NCBI GenBank assembly: GCA_913048525.1
Contig: CAJWWP010000003.1
Span: 7,190-71,189 of the forward strand
DNA from: an uncultured Chloroflexota bacterium
GTDB lineage: Bacteria; Chloroflexota; Dehalococcoidia; Lucifugimonadales; UBA826
Length of the DNA: 64,000 nt
Reading direction: 5' to 3'
Position numbers and translations under genes: made by a program
Notes under the pieces: model-generated
The model's database searches: none
Told to the model about the DNA's origin: nothing
Seen by the model: the letters and a program-made list of their open reading frames with translations, nothing else
Shown here: positions 48,401 through 58,896 of the stretch, piece by piece
How positions within the stretch are numbered: the stretch's first letter is position 1
Layout of the letters: the number at the start of each line of letters is the position of its first letter

Positions 48401-49882
48401 TCATTGCTCTAATTTTATGGTGGGAGTTACTGCATGGGCGAAAGTCGATACAATTTGTAATGTTCCCATCGTAAAAAACACTATTCTCATTCCCGATATG
48501 AATAAAGATATCAATTCGCTCTGAGGGTCGGCGTTGAGCACTTGGGCCACATCCGACGAATAGCCACCTGACATCATTGTTTGGGCCACTATAGCCGTGG
48601 CGAAGGCGATACCTGTAACATTTCCCGAATTTCGGGAAAGATTTACTAGTGCTGAGACAACGCCGTGCCTATGATTGGCTGAACTCAGGAATATTCCAGC
48701 GCTATTTGGTGACATAAAGATTCCCGAGCCGCAACTGAAGACGATGATCGCGAACATCGTATATGTCAGTGATGATGTCGGTACCATAAATCCCATCATG
48801 TATAGTCCTACCCCGCAAAGGAAGAGCCCGAAAGTAGTGAAGGGTTTAATACCGTATCGGTCCGATAGATATCCTGTTAATGGTCCCAATATAATCCTAC
48901 TAATCGCATTGGGAATAAGGACGTAAGCTACCTGAGCCGGGGTTAACTTGAAAACTGCCTGGAGAAAGAATGGAATTATGAATCTGAATGAGGTCACACC
49001 CAGAAACGAAAGGTAGTTCGATACTATTCCCACCGTGAAGTGCTGTTGGCGAAATAGAGTTAGGTCAAGCATAGGTTCTTTTGATTTTGATTCCCACCAT
49101 ATGAATCCGACAACAGAGACTATAAACACCAGAGCACCGACCAAAATGGGTAATGAGAGCCATCCAACACTGGACCCATTCGAAAGAGTGAATAGAAAAA
49201 CCATTATTATTGATGTCGACAGCCCTGCACCAACCCAGTCGAATGAGCTATTTTTCTCATCTTTTTTACTAAATCGTGATGGATCTAAAAAGATAATTGC
49301 TCCCACTAGGGCTATTGAGGACAGGGGCACGTTTATCCAAAATACCCATTCCCATCCTGCGTAAGTGACTAAGAGGCCTCCTAGTATGGGTCCAATTATT
49401 CCACCGGTCCCGATGACACTACCGTGTGCACCGAGGCCTTTGCCTCGTTCATTATTTGCGAAAACAGAGGTCACCATCGCCATTCCCGTGGCCTGTGTCA
49501 TGGCGGCGCCTATTCCCTGTAAAATCCGGAAAAATATCATGCAAACAATAGGATCTAATGAACCTATTGAATTGCTTAGCCAGGGTGAGAGGCCTGAAAA
49601 AAAGGCCATAGTTCCAAAAAGGAAAAGACCGATTAAATGGATTGGTTTTCTACCGACTTGGTCAGATAGTCTACCCATGGGTAGCAACATAGCGCTTATT
49701 GCAAGAGATTCTGCCAGAATGATCCACTGAACAGTAGTGAGCGAAACAGAGAGATTCTGTGCAATTGTTGGTAAAGCAATGCTCACACCACCATGATGTG
49801 TGACATTAGTGATTGAACCCAGAGCAACCGTCGCAAATACAATCCATTTGTAATTTGTGGATCTATAAAGGGCCGTCCGCAT
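48401..49882 (-). CDS. MFS transporter (14-TM, DHA2-like)
   Basis: GRLSDQVGRK, RILQGIGAA, WVFWINVP. Confidence 0.9.
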   Translation of the reverse strand: MRTALYRSTNYKWIVFATVALGSITNVTHHGGVSIALPTIAQNLSVSLTTVQWIILAESLAISAMLLPMGRLSDQVGRKPIHLIGLFLFGTMAFFSGLSPWLSNSIGSLDPIVCMIFFRILQGIGAAMTQATGMAMVTSVFANNERGKGLGAHGSVIGTGGIIGPILGGLLVTYAGWEWVFWINVPLSSIALVGAIIFLDPSRFSKKDEKNSSFDWVGAGLSTSIIMVFLFTLSNGSSVGWLSLPILVGALVFIVSVVGFIWWESKSKEPMLDLTLFRQQHFTVGIVSNYLSFLGVTSFRFIIPFFLQAVFKLTPAQVAYVLIPNAISRIILGPLTGYLSDRYGIKPFTTFGLFLCGVGLYMMGFMVPTSSLTYTMFAIIVFSCGSGIFMSPNSAGIFLSSANHRHGVVSALVNLSRNSGNVTGIAFATAIVAQTMMSGGYSSDVAQVLNADPQSELISLFISGMRIVFFTMGTLQIVSTFAHAVTPTIKLEQ

Positions 49883-49974
49883 GACTTAATACTACTATGC
49901 AAACTTCAGATATACTGGCTCCGGAATCAAAGACCCATATTGAGTAACTTAATCTAATAGTGAGGCGAAATCGG

Positions 49975-51708
49975 ATGAATACAAGGCAAATTACGGGAAC
50001 TCCCTCTGAGATACTTGTTGAGCAGTTGGTTGCTTCTGGCGTCAAATATGTTTTTTATAACTCAGGCTCTCGGGAGGCCCTATTTTTTGATGCCTTACAC
50101 GGCAATCCAAACATCCATGGGATATTAGCTCTACATGAGGGAAGTGTTACGTCCATGGCAGGTGGATATTCCCAAGTTCATAACGATCCAGCAGTGATGG
50201 TCGTGCATCTTGGTGCAGGTTTAGCACAATGTATGGGCCAACTAATAAACGTCTGGTTTGGTGGCTTGCCCGTTGTAGTCATAACTTTTGCTGGAGATAC
50301 CGGAAGCTGGGTAGATAGGATCAATTTAGATTTGGACCATTCTTTTGGCCCATCTTCTATATCTGCTCCTATGGTTAAAGCCAACTGGACAGTAATAGAT
50401 CCTGAAGGATTGCCTTCGGCTGTTGAAAGAGCCTTACAAGTTGCTAGGACACCTCCATATGGTCCTGTTCATCTCGCCGTATATGACACGATGTTGGGTA
50501 AGCAACAGATCACAGCCGATATAATTGAAGGCTCGAAATCTGGGTTACGGTCGGGCAATGCATCTGACGAAGACCTCGTAAGGGTCTTAGGTGTATTAGA
50601 CGAGTCGAAGAAGCCAATGATATATGCGGGGGATGGCATATGGAAAAGTGGTGGTGAAAAACTCGCAGCTCAGCTTGCAACTCATTTTGGTGCCGCTGTA
50701 GCTAACAGCCATACCGATTATCGGGGTATTTCTATTAAGCATCCACAACACATTGGTCAATTTGACCAGGCCTCAGCAGCGTATGAGCCCGACTTTATCT
50801 TATCTATTGGGGCTAGACATCAAGGGTCCGGTTACTCCAGTGACCACATTCCTTTCAAACGATTGTCCAATACCGGAGGAACGCATATAGCCCTCGGTTC
50901 TGATTTGGAGTATGTAACAAATTACCCAGGTTTAGACTTGGCTATTATCGGAGATGAAAAAAATGCCTTGGAAAGGCTGTTATCCGTTGCTATGGATGAT
51001 TTTCCCTCAACAAGGTATAACTTGAAGAGAGAGAAAGCTTTAGAAGCAGGTACGTTATGGCGTAGCGCACGACGAAAGTCGATGAGGCCTGATCTGGAAA
51101 ATGGTTTGGTTAGGCCAGGGGTAGTAGCCGATGTCGTTGATGCTGAACTGGAGGCGATTGGTGGTGGATTTGTAACGAATGAACAGTTTGCTGTGTCCCA
51201 TGAGTCAATTCCGTCAGGGCTTGGAGAGAAAAATAATGTTTATTTGAGACCTCCTGGTGGATCGGAGGGTTGGGGGGTTGGAGCCGCTATTGGGGCTAAG
51301 CTTGCAGCAGTCGACCAACCTGTAGTGGGATTTGTAGGCGATGGGTCGCTCTATTATGCTGACTCTGGCATTTGGACGGCGGTTCATCATAATATCCCAG
51401 TCCTTTATATCATTACCAATAATAGGGCATATGGCATTGTGGCTGGATTCTTTGAGGAGGCAGACGGTCGAATGAGCGATACTGGAAAATATGGAGGTGT
51501 TGTTTTAGAGGGGATGGAGCCAGTGAAAATCGCTGAAGCATTTGGGATGGAAGCTGAGTCAGTTGATGACGAGTCTAAAGTGGTGGATGCTGTGCGTAGA
51601 GGATTGACTATAGTCAATAAAGAAAACCGACCTTATCTAATAGAATTTAAGTTACCTATTGGTCTTCCTGAAGGAGGGGTCGCTGATCAACAGTACCGAA
51701 TGCGCTAA
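49975..51708 (+). CDS. Thiamine diphosphate-dependent enzyme (benzoylformate decarboxylase / ALS-like)
   Basis: LHE catalytic Glu, GPVHL, GDGS...NN ThDP-binding motif. Confidence 0.88.
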   Translation: MNTRQITGTPSEILVEQLVASGVKYVFYNSGSREALFFDALHGNPNIHGILALHEGSVTSMAGGYSQVHNDPAVMVVHLGAGLAQCMGQLINVWFGGLPVVVITFAGDTGSWVDRINLDLDHSFGPSSISAPMVKANWTVIDPEGLPSAVERALQVARTPPYGPVHLAVYDTMLGKQQITADIIEGSKSGLRSGNASDEDLVRVLGVLDESKKPMIYAGDGIWKSGGEKLAAQLATHFGAAVANSHTDYRGISIKHPQHIGQFDQASAAYEPDFILSIGARHQGSGYSSDHIPFKRLSNTGGTHIALGSDLEYVTNYPGLDLAIIGDEKNALERLLSVAMDDFPSTRYNLKREKALEAGTLWRSARRKSMRPDLENGLVRPGVVADVVDAELEAIGGGFVTNEQFAVSHESIPSGLGEKNNVYLRPPGGSEGWGVGAAIGAKLAAVDQPVVGFVGDGSLYYADSGIWTAVHHNIPVLYIITNNRAYGIVAGFFEEADGRMSDTGKYGGVVLEGMEPVKIAEAFGMEAESVDDESKVVDAVRRGLTIVNKENRPYLIEFKLPIGLPEGGVADQQYRMR

Positions 51709-51807
51709 AGTAGCTAAGCCGCTACCTGTTTCCGATAACTATTGAGCTTGGAGCGTCTAGTTGGTTGGGAAACAAAGAGTATTTGGCTCATTTTAAAGGA
51801 TTGGCTA

Positions 51808-52317
51808 TTGGCTAAGCTGACTCGAGAAGAAGTTATATTCGTTGCCACTACTAGTAGATTATTTGCCGGGTTGGATTTATCTGGACTTGATCTGTCCAGA
51901 TGCAACTTGTCTAGATGTAATTTCCAAACCGCAAATCTTAGTAACTGTAACCTTTCAAGGTCGAACTTACGTGGATGCATTTTAGATCAAGCAAACCTCG
52001 AGAAAGCTGATATCTCCAGGTCTAACCTATCTGTGGCGGAAATGAAGGGTGCTAATTTGAAAAATGCAGACCTAAGAGGGTCTAATCTAAGTGGAGCCGC
52101 CTCCACCTCACAGCAGACAACTTCTAGGATTATTGGAGCAAATTTACAAAGTGCGGATTTAAGAGATGCTGATCTAAGAAAGTCTGTACTGGTTAGGGTT
52201 AAGTTCGATTATGCCGATCTTAGGGGAGCGAACTTTGCTGGAGCAAATATGACTAGAGTTTCCCTGATGGGGAGCAGATATGACGTGGCCGCTTTTGATG
52301 AAGCGATAAATGTCTAA
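51808..52317 (+). CDS. Pentapeptide repeat protein
   Basis: Tandem A(D/N)Lxx repeats; AAGGA RBS before TTG 51808. Confidence 0.88.
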   Translation: MAKLTREEVIFVATTSRLFAGLDLSGLDLSRCNLSRCNFQTANLSNCNLSRSNLRGCILDQANLEKADISRSNLSVAEMKGANLKNADLRGSNLSGAASTSQQTTSRIIGANLQSADLRDADLRKSVLVRVKFDYADLRGANFAGANMTRVSLMGSRYDVAAFDEAINV

Positions 52318-52393
52318 ATTTGGCACTTATTTAGGCTTGGTAAACTGATATCTAACTACTCTTGGATGTGGAGAAAAATTATGCAATTCTCAT

Positions 52394-53026
52394 ATGGGGT
52401 CTATCTGGGGGATTAGATTGGAATACATCAAGAATTTGTTTAGAGGGCATAAAGTTAATTTGAAACCGGAACTCATAGTAGTGGGAATGGGAAACCCTGG
52501 TCCAGATTACGCGGCTAGCCGGCATAATGTAGGATTTTGGCTTATAGATTCTCTAGCTGAGAAAGCAGGTGTACGTCTTTCTCGAACCCATAAAACGACT
52601 TATTCAACCCATGTAGAGATACATGAAAAATTGGTAGTCCTTGCACGCCCAAGAACCTATGTAAACAGAACTGGGGAAGCTATTAGTTATCTACTTAATC
52701 GTTACGGAGTTCGTCCAACTCAATTAGTGATTGTATATGACGATATACATCTGCCTGTGGGGAAACTTCGTATTAGGGCAAAGGGCAGTGCCGGCGGTCA
52801 TAATGGAATACGCTCGGTTATATGTGCTTTAGATAGTAACCAGTTTCCTAGAATTCGTATCGGTGTTGGCAGTCCTGAACCTGAAGACGATCAAATAGGG
52901 TATGTTTTGGGAGTACCAGATGATGAGGATAGATCAGCAATAGAACATTCCATATCAGTGGGAATACAAGCAATATCAACTTTGTTGTGCAAAAGTGTTG
53001 ACACCGCGATGAGCGAATACAATTGA
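52394..53026 (+). CDS. pth: Peptidyl-tRNA hydrolase
   Basis: GMGNPG--Y---RHNVGF, P-TY-N, YDD, GSAGGHNG, RIRIGVG; the true start may be later. Confidence 0.95.
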   Translation: MGSIWGIRLEYIKNLFRGHKVNLKPELIVVGMGNPGPDYAASRHNVGFWLIDSLAEKAGVRLSRTHKTTYSTHVEIHEKLVVLARPRTYVNRTGEAISYLLNRYGVRPTQLVIVYDDIHLPVGKLRIRAKGSAGGHNGIRSVICALDSNQFPRIRIGVGSPEPEDDQIGYVLGVPDDEDRSAIEHSISVGIQAISTLLCKSVDTAMSEYN

Positions 53027-53048
53027 GCATTCCTAACAAATTCATAAT

Positions 53049-54542
53049 TTGACCGGTATCTTTGGCAATATCACAGCCAAATCTTCATATAAGTGGTTGG
53101 TTTACTCATCCGTAGGGATGGCTGCTTTTGTAACTGTTTCAGATCAGACAGGAACGACGCTTGCCTTGCCCAGAATTGGTCATGAATTTGGTGCTGATAT
53201 ACCAACGGTCCAATGGCTGTACCTCGTCTACACTCTCTTTATTAGCGCGCTTTTATTGCCTATGGGTAAGCTGTCCGACATTCTAGGCAGGAGACGCATT
53301 TACATATTGGGACTTACTGTATTTTCGGCCGGAGCAGTTATGGCTTATTTTGGTCAAGAGCTTCACCTTCTATTAGTTGCTAAGGCTATTCAGGGCATTG
53401 GCGCAGCTATGATCCAGGCTAATGGTTTGGCACTCATGGCTGAAGCCTTTCCAGATAGACAACGTGCCAGTGCGATCGGGTTGTACATGGCTGCCATTGG
53501 AACAGGTGCAGTGATGGGACCGGTAATAGGTGGATTTATGATCGATGCTTGGGGTTGGAGGTCCATGTACTTGGGCGTTGCGGTTATCGGTGCGATGGAG
53601 CTGCTTTTGTCCGTCTATGTGATACGCGATCGAGCTAGATCCACTAACCAAAATAGAGAATCCAGAGGGATCAGGTCGTTTGATTGGATTGGTGCGGCTC
53701 TCTCTGCAGGGGTTTTAAGTCTTCTTCTTCTTTCACTTACTTACTCATACAGGCTCGGGTGGACCAACCAGCTGGTCCTTACCGGTCTATCCATGTCGGT
53801 GTTACTTTTAGTGGGCTTTGTAGTGAGGGAACTTCGGTGTGAAGATCCAATGATTGATCTAAGGCTCTTTAAGATTCCTGTGTTTTCGATTGGTATAGTC
53901 GCTAGATTTTTAGCATTCATGTCGGGGTCTCCTGCATATTTTCTTATGCCTTTTTATCTTGTTCAAATTTTAGAAATTACTGAGTCAAAAGCAGCCTTGT
54001 TCCTAGTACCTTCCTCTGTAATGATGGCTGTAGCTAGCCCACTTAGTGGGAAACTTTCTGACAAATGGGGAACAAAGTGGCTATCCGTAATAGGTCTTTT
54101 GTGTTGGACACTCGGTGTCACAACATTCACAAGACTTGAAGTGAGTTCAAGTCCTATTTTAGTTTCTGTAGGAATGATTTTGCTTGGGGCTGGTAATGGC
54201 ATCTTCGGAGCTCCCAATACTACTGCTGTCATGGGTGTGGCTGGTCAACATCGATATGGTGTTGTTTCCGCACTAGTGAATATGGTTAGAACTTCGGGGA
54301 ATTTAAGTGGGATAGCGATAGGAACGACAATGGTTGTGCTTACTATGACTTCGATGGGATTTGACCCGGATCTCTCCGTTCTGCTGAGTTCAGATTCGAC
54401 AAATACACTTCCTCAAGAAAGAATGGAATTGATGGGTTCATTTGTTGAAGGAATCAAAAGAGCTTTTACTTTAGGAGTAGGTTTGGTGGGATTTGCAGCC
54501 GTCATTACGATTTTTCGCCCGAATTTATCGGTAGAAAGCTAA
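53049..54542 (+). CDS. MFS transporter (14-TM, DHA2-like)
   Basis: GKLSDILGRRR, QGIGAA, GWRS; paralogue of 48401-49882. Confidence 0.9.
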   Translation: MTGIFGNITAKSSYKWLVYSSVGMAAFVTVSDQTGTTLALPRIGHEFGADIPTVQWLYLVYTLFISALLLPMGKLSDILGRRRIYILGLTVFSAGAVMAYFGQELHLLLVAKAIQGIGAAMIQANGLALMAEAFPDRQRASAIGLYMAAIGTGAVMGPVIGGFMIDAWGWRSMYLGVAVIGAMELLLSVYVIRDRARSTNQNRESRGIRSFDWIGAALSAGVLSLLLLSLTYSYRLGWTNQLVLTGLSMSVLLLVGFVVRELRCEDPMIDLRLFKIPVFSIGIVARFLAFMSGSPAYFLMPFYLVQILEITESKAALFLVPSSVMMAVASPLSGKLSDKWGTKWLSVIGLLCWTLGVTTFTRLEVSSSPILVSVGMILLGAGNGIFGAPNTTAVMGVAGQHRYGVVSALVNMVRTSGNLSGIAIGTTMVVLTMTSMGFDPDLSVLLSSDSTNTLPQERMELMGSFVEGIKRAFTLGVGLVGFAAVITIFRPNLSVES

Positions 54543-54682
54543 TGCAGCGAGGTATATCTAGAAGATGGGAGGGTAATTGGAGACGTCTGTAATGCGTGCT
54601 TCTAGAGGATTATGTGATATATAATGCACCAACAGGTTGACTTCACCGAGGGCAATAAGGTGGAGCATTTGGGGCAATCATT

Positions 54683-55501
54683 ATGACTGGCAGTGAATTT
54701 ACCTTCGCGACTTTTTCAAAAAATGAATTTTATTCTACTCTCAATGCGCGTCTTATAGACATGGCTGATGTGGGTTCAGACAGAAGGGTTGTTGATCTTG
54801 CCTGTGGTGCAGGTGGGGTTACCAGACTGATTCTCGAGAGAATTAATCGTACTCGAGACACTGCAGTTATCGCCTTGGATCATTCTTCTGTTGCGCTAAA
54901 AACAGCTATGGAAGAGTTAAAAGATATCTCAAATAACGTCGTGAAGTACGTTCAGTTAGGTGTTGAGAATGTTTCGGATGCTGTAAAGGAATCTGTGGAT
55001 ACAGTAGTTTTTTGCAATGCTATCCACTATGTTCCAGACAAAGATGCCGTTGTTTCAGATATTGCCAACTCGCTCAGGACTGGAGGCAAATTTGCCTTCA
55101 ATACTTCATTTTATGACGGAGGTCAGCATAAAGATTCACTGGCTTTCTACAGTAAATGGATGTTCAAGGCAATGCGAATATTGAGAAGAGAATACGGTCT
55201 TAAACCACAGAGATCAGATAAAGTTCAATCTAGGAAGCAGTTAACTCCTCAGGATTATAGTGGTCTTATGGAAAGGAATGGTTTGACCATAATAAGACAA
55301 GAGATAGACACCGTACCTGTTCCTATAGAGGGTTGGCTGGATATTAGTGGATTTTCAGATTTTATTGAAGGTACTATGCCAGGGGTTCCCATGGAAGAGG
55401 CATCTGCCTCGTTGCAAGAGGGTGTCAGGCGCACTTTTGAGGAGATGGGAATAACATACGTCTCTCGTAACTGGCTGGATATAATAGCGGTTAAGAAATA
55501 G
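54683..55501 (+). CDS. Class I SAM-dependent methyltransferase
   Basis: VVDLACGAG motif I, D-V-C-AIH, L--GG. Confidence 0.88.
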   Translation: MTGSEFTFATFSKNEFYSTLNARLIDMADVGSDRRVVDLACGAGGVTRLILERINRTRDTAVIALDHSSVALKTAMEELKDISNNVVKYVQLGVENVSDAVKESVDTVVFCNAIHYVPDKDAVVSDIANSLRTGGKFAFNTSFYDGGQHKDSLAFYSKWMFKAMRILRREYGLKPQRSDKVQSRKQLTPQDYSGLMERNGLTIIRQEIDTVPVPIEGWLDISGFSDFIEGTMPGVPMEEASASLQEGVRRTFEEMGITYVSRNWLDIIAVKK

Positions 55502-55695
55502 GTATCTGATTTCCAAAATCTGAATGTTGTAGCCAACTTTGAAAACTATATTCATCGAGATATATGTTTGATTTTAGTCGGCCGATTGTGTCGCTTCGTT
55601 AATTTGTTTTGTACCTAGTATGTTATGAACATATAATTAGAGATGGTTTCTATTACCTAAGGAGCGGTCCAATTATTCTCGGAAGAAATATTTGA

Positions 55696-56898
55696 ATGGT
55701 GACTAGACAAGATTTGCCAGATGAATTAGGGCGATACGGGGATTATGGGGGCCAGTTTGTCCCTGAGACCCTTATGCCGGCAATACATCAATTAGAAATA
55801 GCCTACAAGGAATCTATAGAAGATGAGGATTTTCAAAGCGAACTTTCTTCACTTTTGAATAGTTTTGTTGGGCGACCAACAGACCTTTATTTTGCCGAGA
55901 ACCTAACCAAAAAACTTGGTGGGGCAAAGATCTATATTAAAAGGGAAGATCTTGCCCACACAGGTGCTCATAAGATTAACAATGCTCTCGGACAGGGTTT
56001 GCTAGCCAAGCGGATGGGTAAGCAACGTATTATTGCTGAAACTGGAGCCGGCCAACATGGAGTTGCTACTGCCACCGTTTGTGCAATGCTAGGCCTTGAT
56101 TGCATCGTATACATGGGAGAGGAGGATATCCGAAGACAAGCTTTAAACGTATTTCGGATGAAACTTTTAGGAGCGGAAGTGCGATCAGTGGATTCTGGGA
56201 GCCGAACCCTCAAGGATGCTATAAATGAGGCTATACGAGATTGGGTGACTAATGTCGAGTCTACATATTATTTAATTGGAAGCGTCGTTGGACCGCACCC
56301 GTATCCCATGATTGTTAGGGATTATCAACGTGTTATCGGTCGTGAGGCTCGAGAACAAATACTTTCTCATGCAGGGCGACTCCCTGACTATGCAGTTGCT
56401 TGTGTAGGGGGCGGTAGTAATGCAATGGGTCTTTTCTATGACTTTATACCTGATGAACAGGTCAAACTAGTTGGCGTAGAGGCGGGTGGTGATGGTGTGG
56501 AAACTGGGAGACATTCCGCCACTATTACGACTGGGGAAGTTGGAGTGCTGCACGGGAGTATGTCTTATCTTATTCAGGATGAACATGGTCAGATAATTGA
56601 AACTCACAGCATCTCTGCTGGGCTAGATTACCCAGGCGTTGGCCCTGAACACAGCTGGCTTAATGACGCTGGTAGAGCAGAATATGTGAGCGTCACAGAT
56701 GTTCAGGCACTTGAAGGTTTCAAGTTGCTTTGTGAAACGGAGGGTATTATTCCAGCTCTTGAGCCTTCTCATGCTGTTCATTACATATCTACTTTGGCTC
56801 CTAACCTCGACAAAGATAAAATAATTTTGTTGGGATTGTCAGGTAGAGGAGATAAGGATATGGAGACGGTGGCAGGTGCGTTAGGTGTCGAAGTATAG
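55696..56898 (+). CDS. trpB: Tryptophan synthase beta chain
   Basis: [15 protein letters not shown] (PLP Lys), [34 protein letters not shown]. Confidence 0.97.
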   Translation: MVTRQDLPDELGRYGDYGGQFVPETLMPAIHQLEIAYKESIEDEDFQSELSSLLNSFVGRPTDLYFAENLTKKLGGAKIYIKREDLAHTGAHKINNALGQGLLAKRMGKQRIIAETGAGQHGVATATVCAMLGLDCIVYMGEEDIRRQALNVFRMKLLGAEVRSVDSGSRTLKDAINEAIRDWVTNVESTYYLIGSVVGPHPYPMIVRDYQRVIGREAREQILSHAGRLPDYAVACVGGGSNAMGLFYDFIPDEQVKLVGVEAGGDGVETGRHSATITTGEVGVLHGSMSYLIQDEHGQIIETHSISAGLDYPGVGPEHSWLNDAGRAEYVSVTDVQALEGFKLLCETEGIIPALEPSHAVHYISTLAPNLDKDKIILLGLSGRGDKDMETVAGALGVEV

Positions 56899-56985
56899 TT
56901 TCCTAGGGCGTTTATATTTTTTGATCTGTAATGTCGGCTGTTCACATTGGGCCAAGGCATGTCGTGGCTTATAATAGAGCCTAGT

Positions 56986-57399
56986 ATGGCTCACTCATTT
57001 TTATGGCGCATTCCGACTCTTATGATTGTCTTGTCGGTATTGAGTACTTCGGTATGGATTTCATTCGATCACCATCATCTTGATTGGCATCCAGGACATG
57101 AACATCTGTTTGTGACATCTGGCCACATTCACGAATATGGCAGCATGGATCTTTCTGCTGCTTATCCTCATCACGAGACTAAAAAAATAGATACTATTGA
57201 CGAAGTAAATCAAACTTATGCGGGCTCATTTTTTGATAGGGATGCGGGAACTGCGGTTGCTGTTTTGTCGATCGATGTATTTGATAAAGAATTATTGAGT
57301 CGGATGAAATACAGTTCTAACCAGTCGATAGCTGAAAGTCCGAAAACTTTTCCATTAGGCATTCAAACAGAGGTACTAACTCGGCCCCCAATTACGTAG
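56986..57399 (+). CDS. His-rich exported or membrane-anchored hypothetical protein
   Basis: N-terminal hydrophobic segment then DHHH--WHPGHEH...GHIHEY; C-terminal RPP. Confidence 0.6.
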   Translation: MAHSFLWRIPTLMIVLSVLSTSVWISFDHHHLDWHPGHEHLFVTSGHIHEYGSMDLSAAYPHHETKKIDTIDEVNQTYAGSFFDRDAGTAVAVLSIDVFDKELLSRMKYSSNQSIAESPKTFPLGIQTEVLTRPPIT

Positions 57400-57469
57400 A
57401 GATATTTCCAAAAGGTAAAACCTTACTTCGCTGGTTCAAGAATTCAGGTGTGAAGGTACAGGGGCTAGA

Positions 57470-58063
57470 GTGTTATCAAGTATCACTGCTGCGTCAAAGT
57501 TGCAAGTTGGAATTCGTATTAGACCAATCATCGTTTTTGTAATTGTGGCTACTTTACAAGGACTATGGTTTGGGTTGTCGTTGCCTTCCCTCGAGGCCAA
57601 TGGCGCCGTCAGAGAATATCAAAAAAGCCTAGCGGATCATTATGAAATTGGTATTGGCACTGTCCCCTATTCTCCCTCGCCCGGAGTAGTACATTTTGCC
57701 GTCTACGTTGAAGATCGTGATAGTAAACTTCGTTACTCAAACGCAGAGGTATTATTGACTGGGGTAGGACCCGTTACGGATGGAAAATCCCGGGCCGACA
57801 TTGAGCCCACTTCCATGAATAATGCGGTTTTAGATCCAACATCCTATGAGGTTAACGTTCCTCTTAATCAGGAAGGTGTTTGGACTATAACTATAGAGGT
57901 TACAGCTGAGAAAGGGTCGGCTCAGTCTGTGTTTGAGATTGAAGTTCAAGAAACTGATCCAGTCGTCCCGACACTAACACTTCTAACGCTTATAGGCTTT
58001 CTGATCATTCTTGGTATGTCCGCTAGAGCTTGGGTTAAAGAGTACAGAAAAAAACGGCCCTAG
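57470..58063 (+). CDS. Exported Ig-like protein (YtkA/FixH-like) with C-terminal membrane anchor
   Basis: Signal-like N-terminus (LEA-NG), YEV-V-L---G-W-I-I-V pattern, C-terminal TM with basic tail. Confidence 0.6.
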   Translation: MLSSITAASKLQVGIRIRPIIVFVIVATLQGLWFGLSLPSLEANGAVREYQKSLADHYEIGIGTVPYSPSPGVVHFAVYVEDRDSKLRYSNAEVLLTGVGPVTDGKSRADIEPTSMNNAVLDPTSYEVNVPLNQEGVWTITIEVTAEKGSAQSVFEIEVQETDPVVPTLTLLTLIGFLIILGMSARAWVKEYRKKRP

Positions 58064-58111
58064 AGTGGTAAAAATGCTATCTCTCAGGCAGCTAAAGTTT
58101 GAGGATCAAAG

Positions 58112-58858
58112 ATGAAATTTATAGGGAATATTTTTTTAGCGAGTGTAATTTTGTTGACACTTATATCCCTTGGTTGTGGGGATAGTTCTACGGGAGAGCG
58201 AAACGAAAATGAGATATTAATTTCCATCAAAAATGGAAACGTCCAAGGACATGAAATAGTTGGAGTAAAGAAGGGCCAACAGGTGAAACTTAATTTCACA
58301 TCAGATCAAAGGATGTCTATTCACCTCCACGGTTACGATATAGAAGCGGAAATCCCTATGGATAAAAGTGAAACGATTGAGTTTGAGGCTCATGCTACGG
58401 GTCGATTTTCCGTAACAACGCATATTTCTGATGATAACCATTCATCACATGGGTCCCAGGAAATACATGCCAAACTGTTTGAATCACCGACACTTTTGGA
58501 AGGAGATACGTACTCATACACAGTAGATATTGGTATGAATCCTGGCGTAATTCCTTACCATGATCACATGTCACACGATATCTTGGGTGTGATTGTCACT
58601 TCATTGGATGCGTCGGAAGATGATGTGTCCATAATAATCAAAGGGGACGAGCAGCTCTTCCACCCGAATGAGGTAATGGTTAGACCAGGGGCCACTATCA
58701 AGTGGATTTCAAAAAATCCTGATAAGGTGCGTATAACTAGTGGGAATCCCCCTACAGACTTACAGTCGGGCCTAAATGCGGTTACTCACGGAGCTGGAAA
58801 TGGAGAACATGCCAGTGGAGGGGAACGAACGCTGCTTACTGTGGAAGTTCACCCATAG
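58112..58858 (+). CDS. Cupredoxin-like His-rich lipoprotein
   Basis: Lipobox SLGC, VKKGQ-V-L---SD----HLHGYD...F-A--TGRF, YHDH, F-P--V-V-PG-T--W. Confidence 0.65.
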   Translation: MKFIGNIFLASVILLTLISLGCGDSSTGERNENEILISIKNGNVQGHEIVGVKKGQQVKLNFTSDQRMSIHLHGYDIEAEIPMDKSETIEFEAHATGRFSVTTHISDDNHSSHGSQEIHAKLFESPTLLEGDTYSYTVDIGMNPGVIPYHDHMSHDILGVIVTSLDASEDDVSIIIKGDEQLFHPNEVMVRPGATIKWISKNPDKVRITSGNPPTDLQSGLNAVTHGAGNGEHASGGERTLLTVEVHP

Positions 58859-58896
58859 AGGATGATAATGAGTCGTCGCTCTAGGCGAATGGATTA

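Noticed and set aside
55502..55695. Possible trp attenuator or T-box before trpB
   Set aside because: The short leader ORF has no Trp codons and no T-box consensus is visible.
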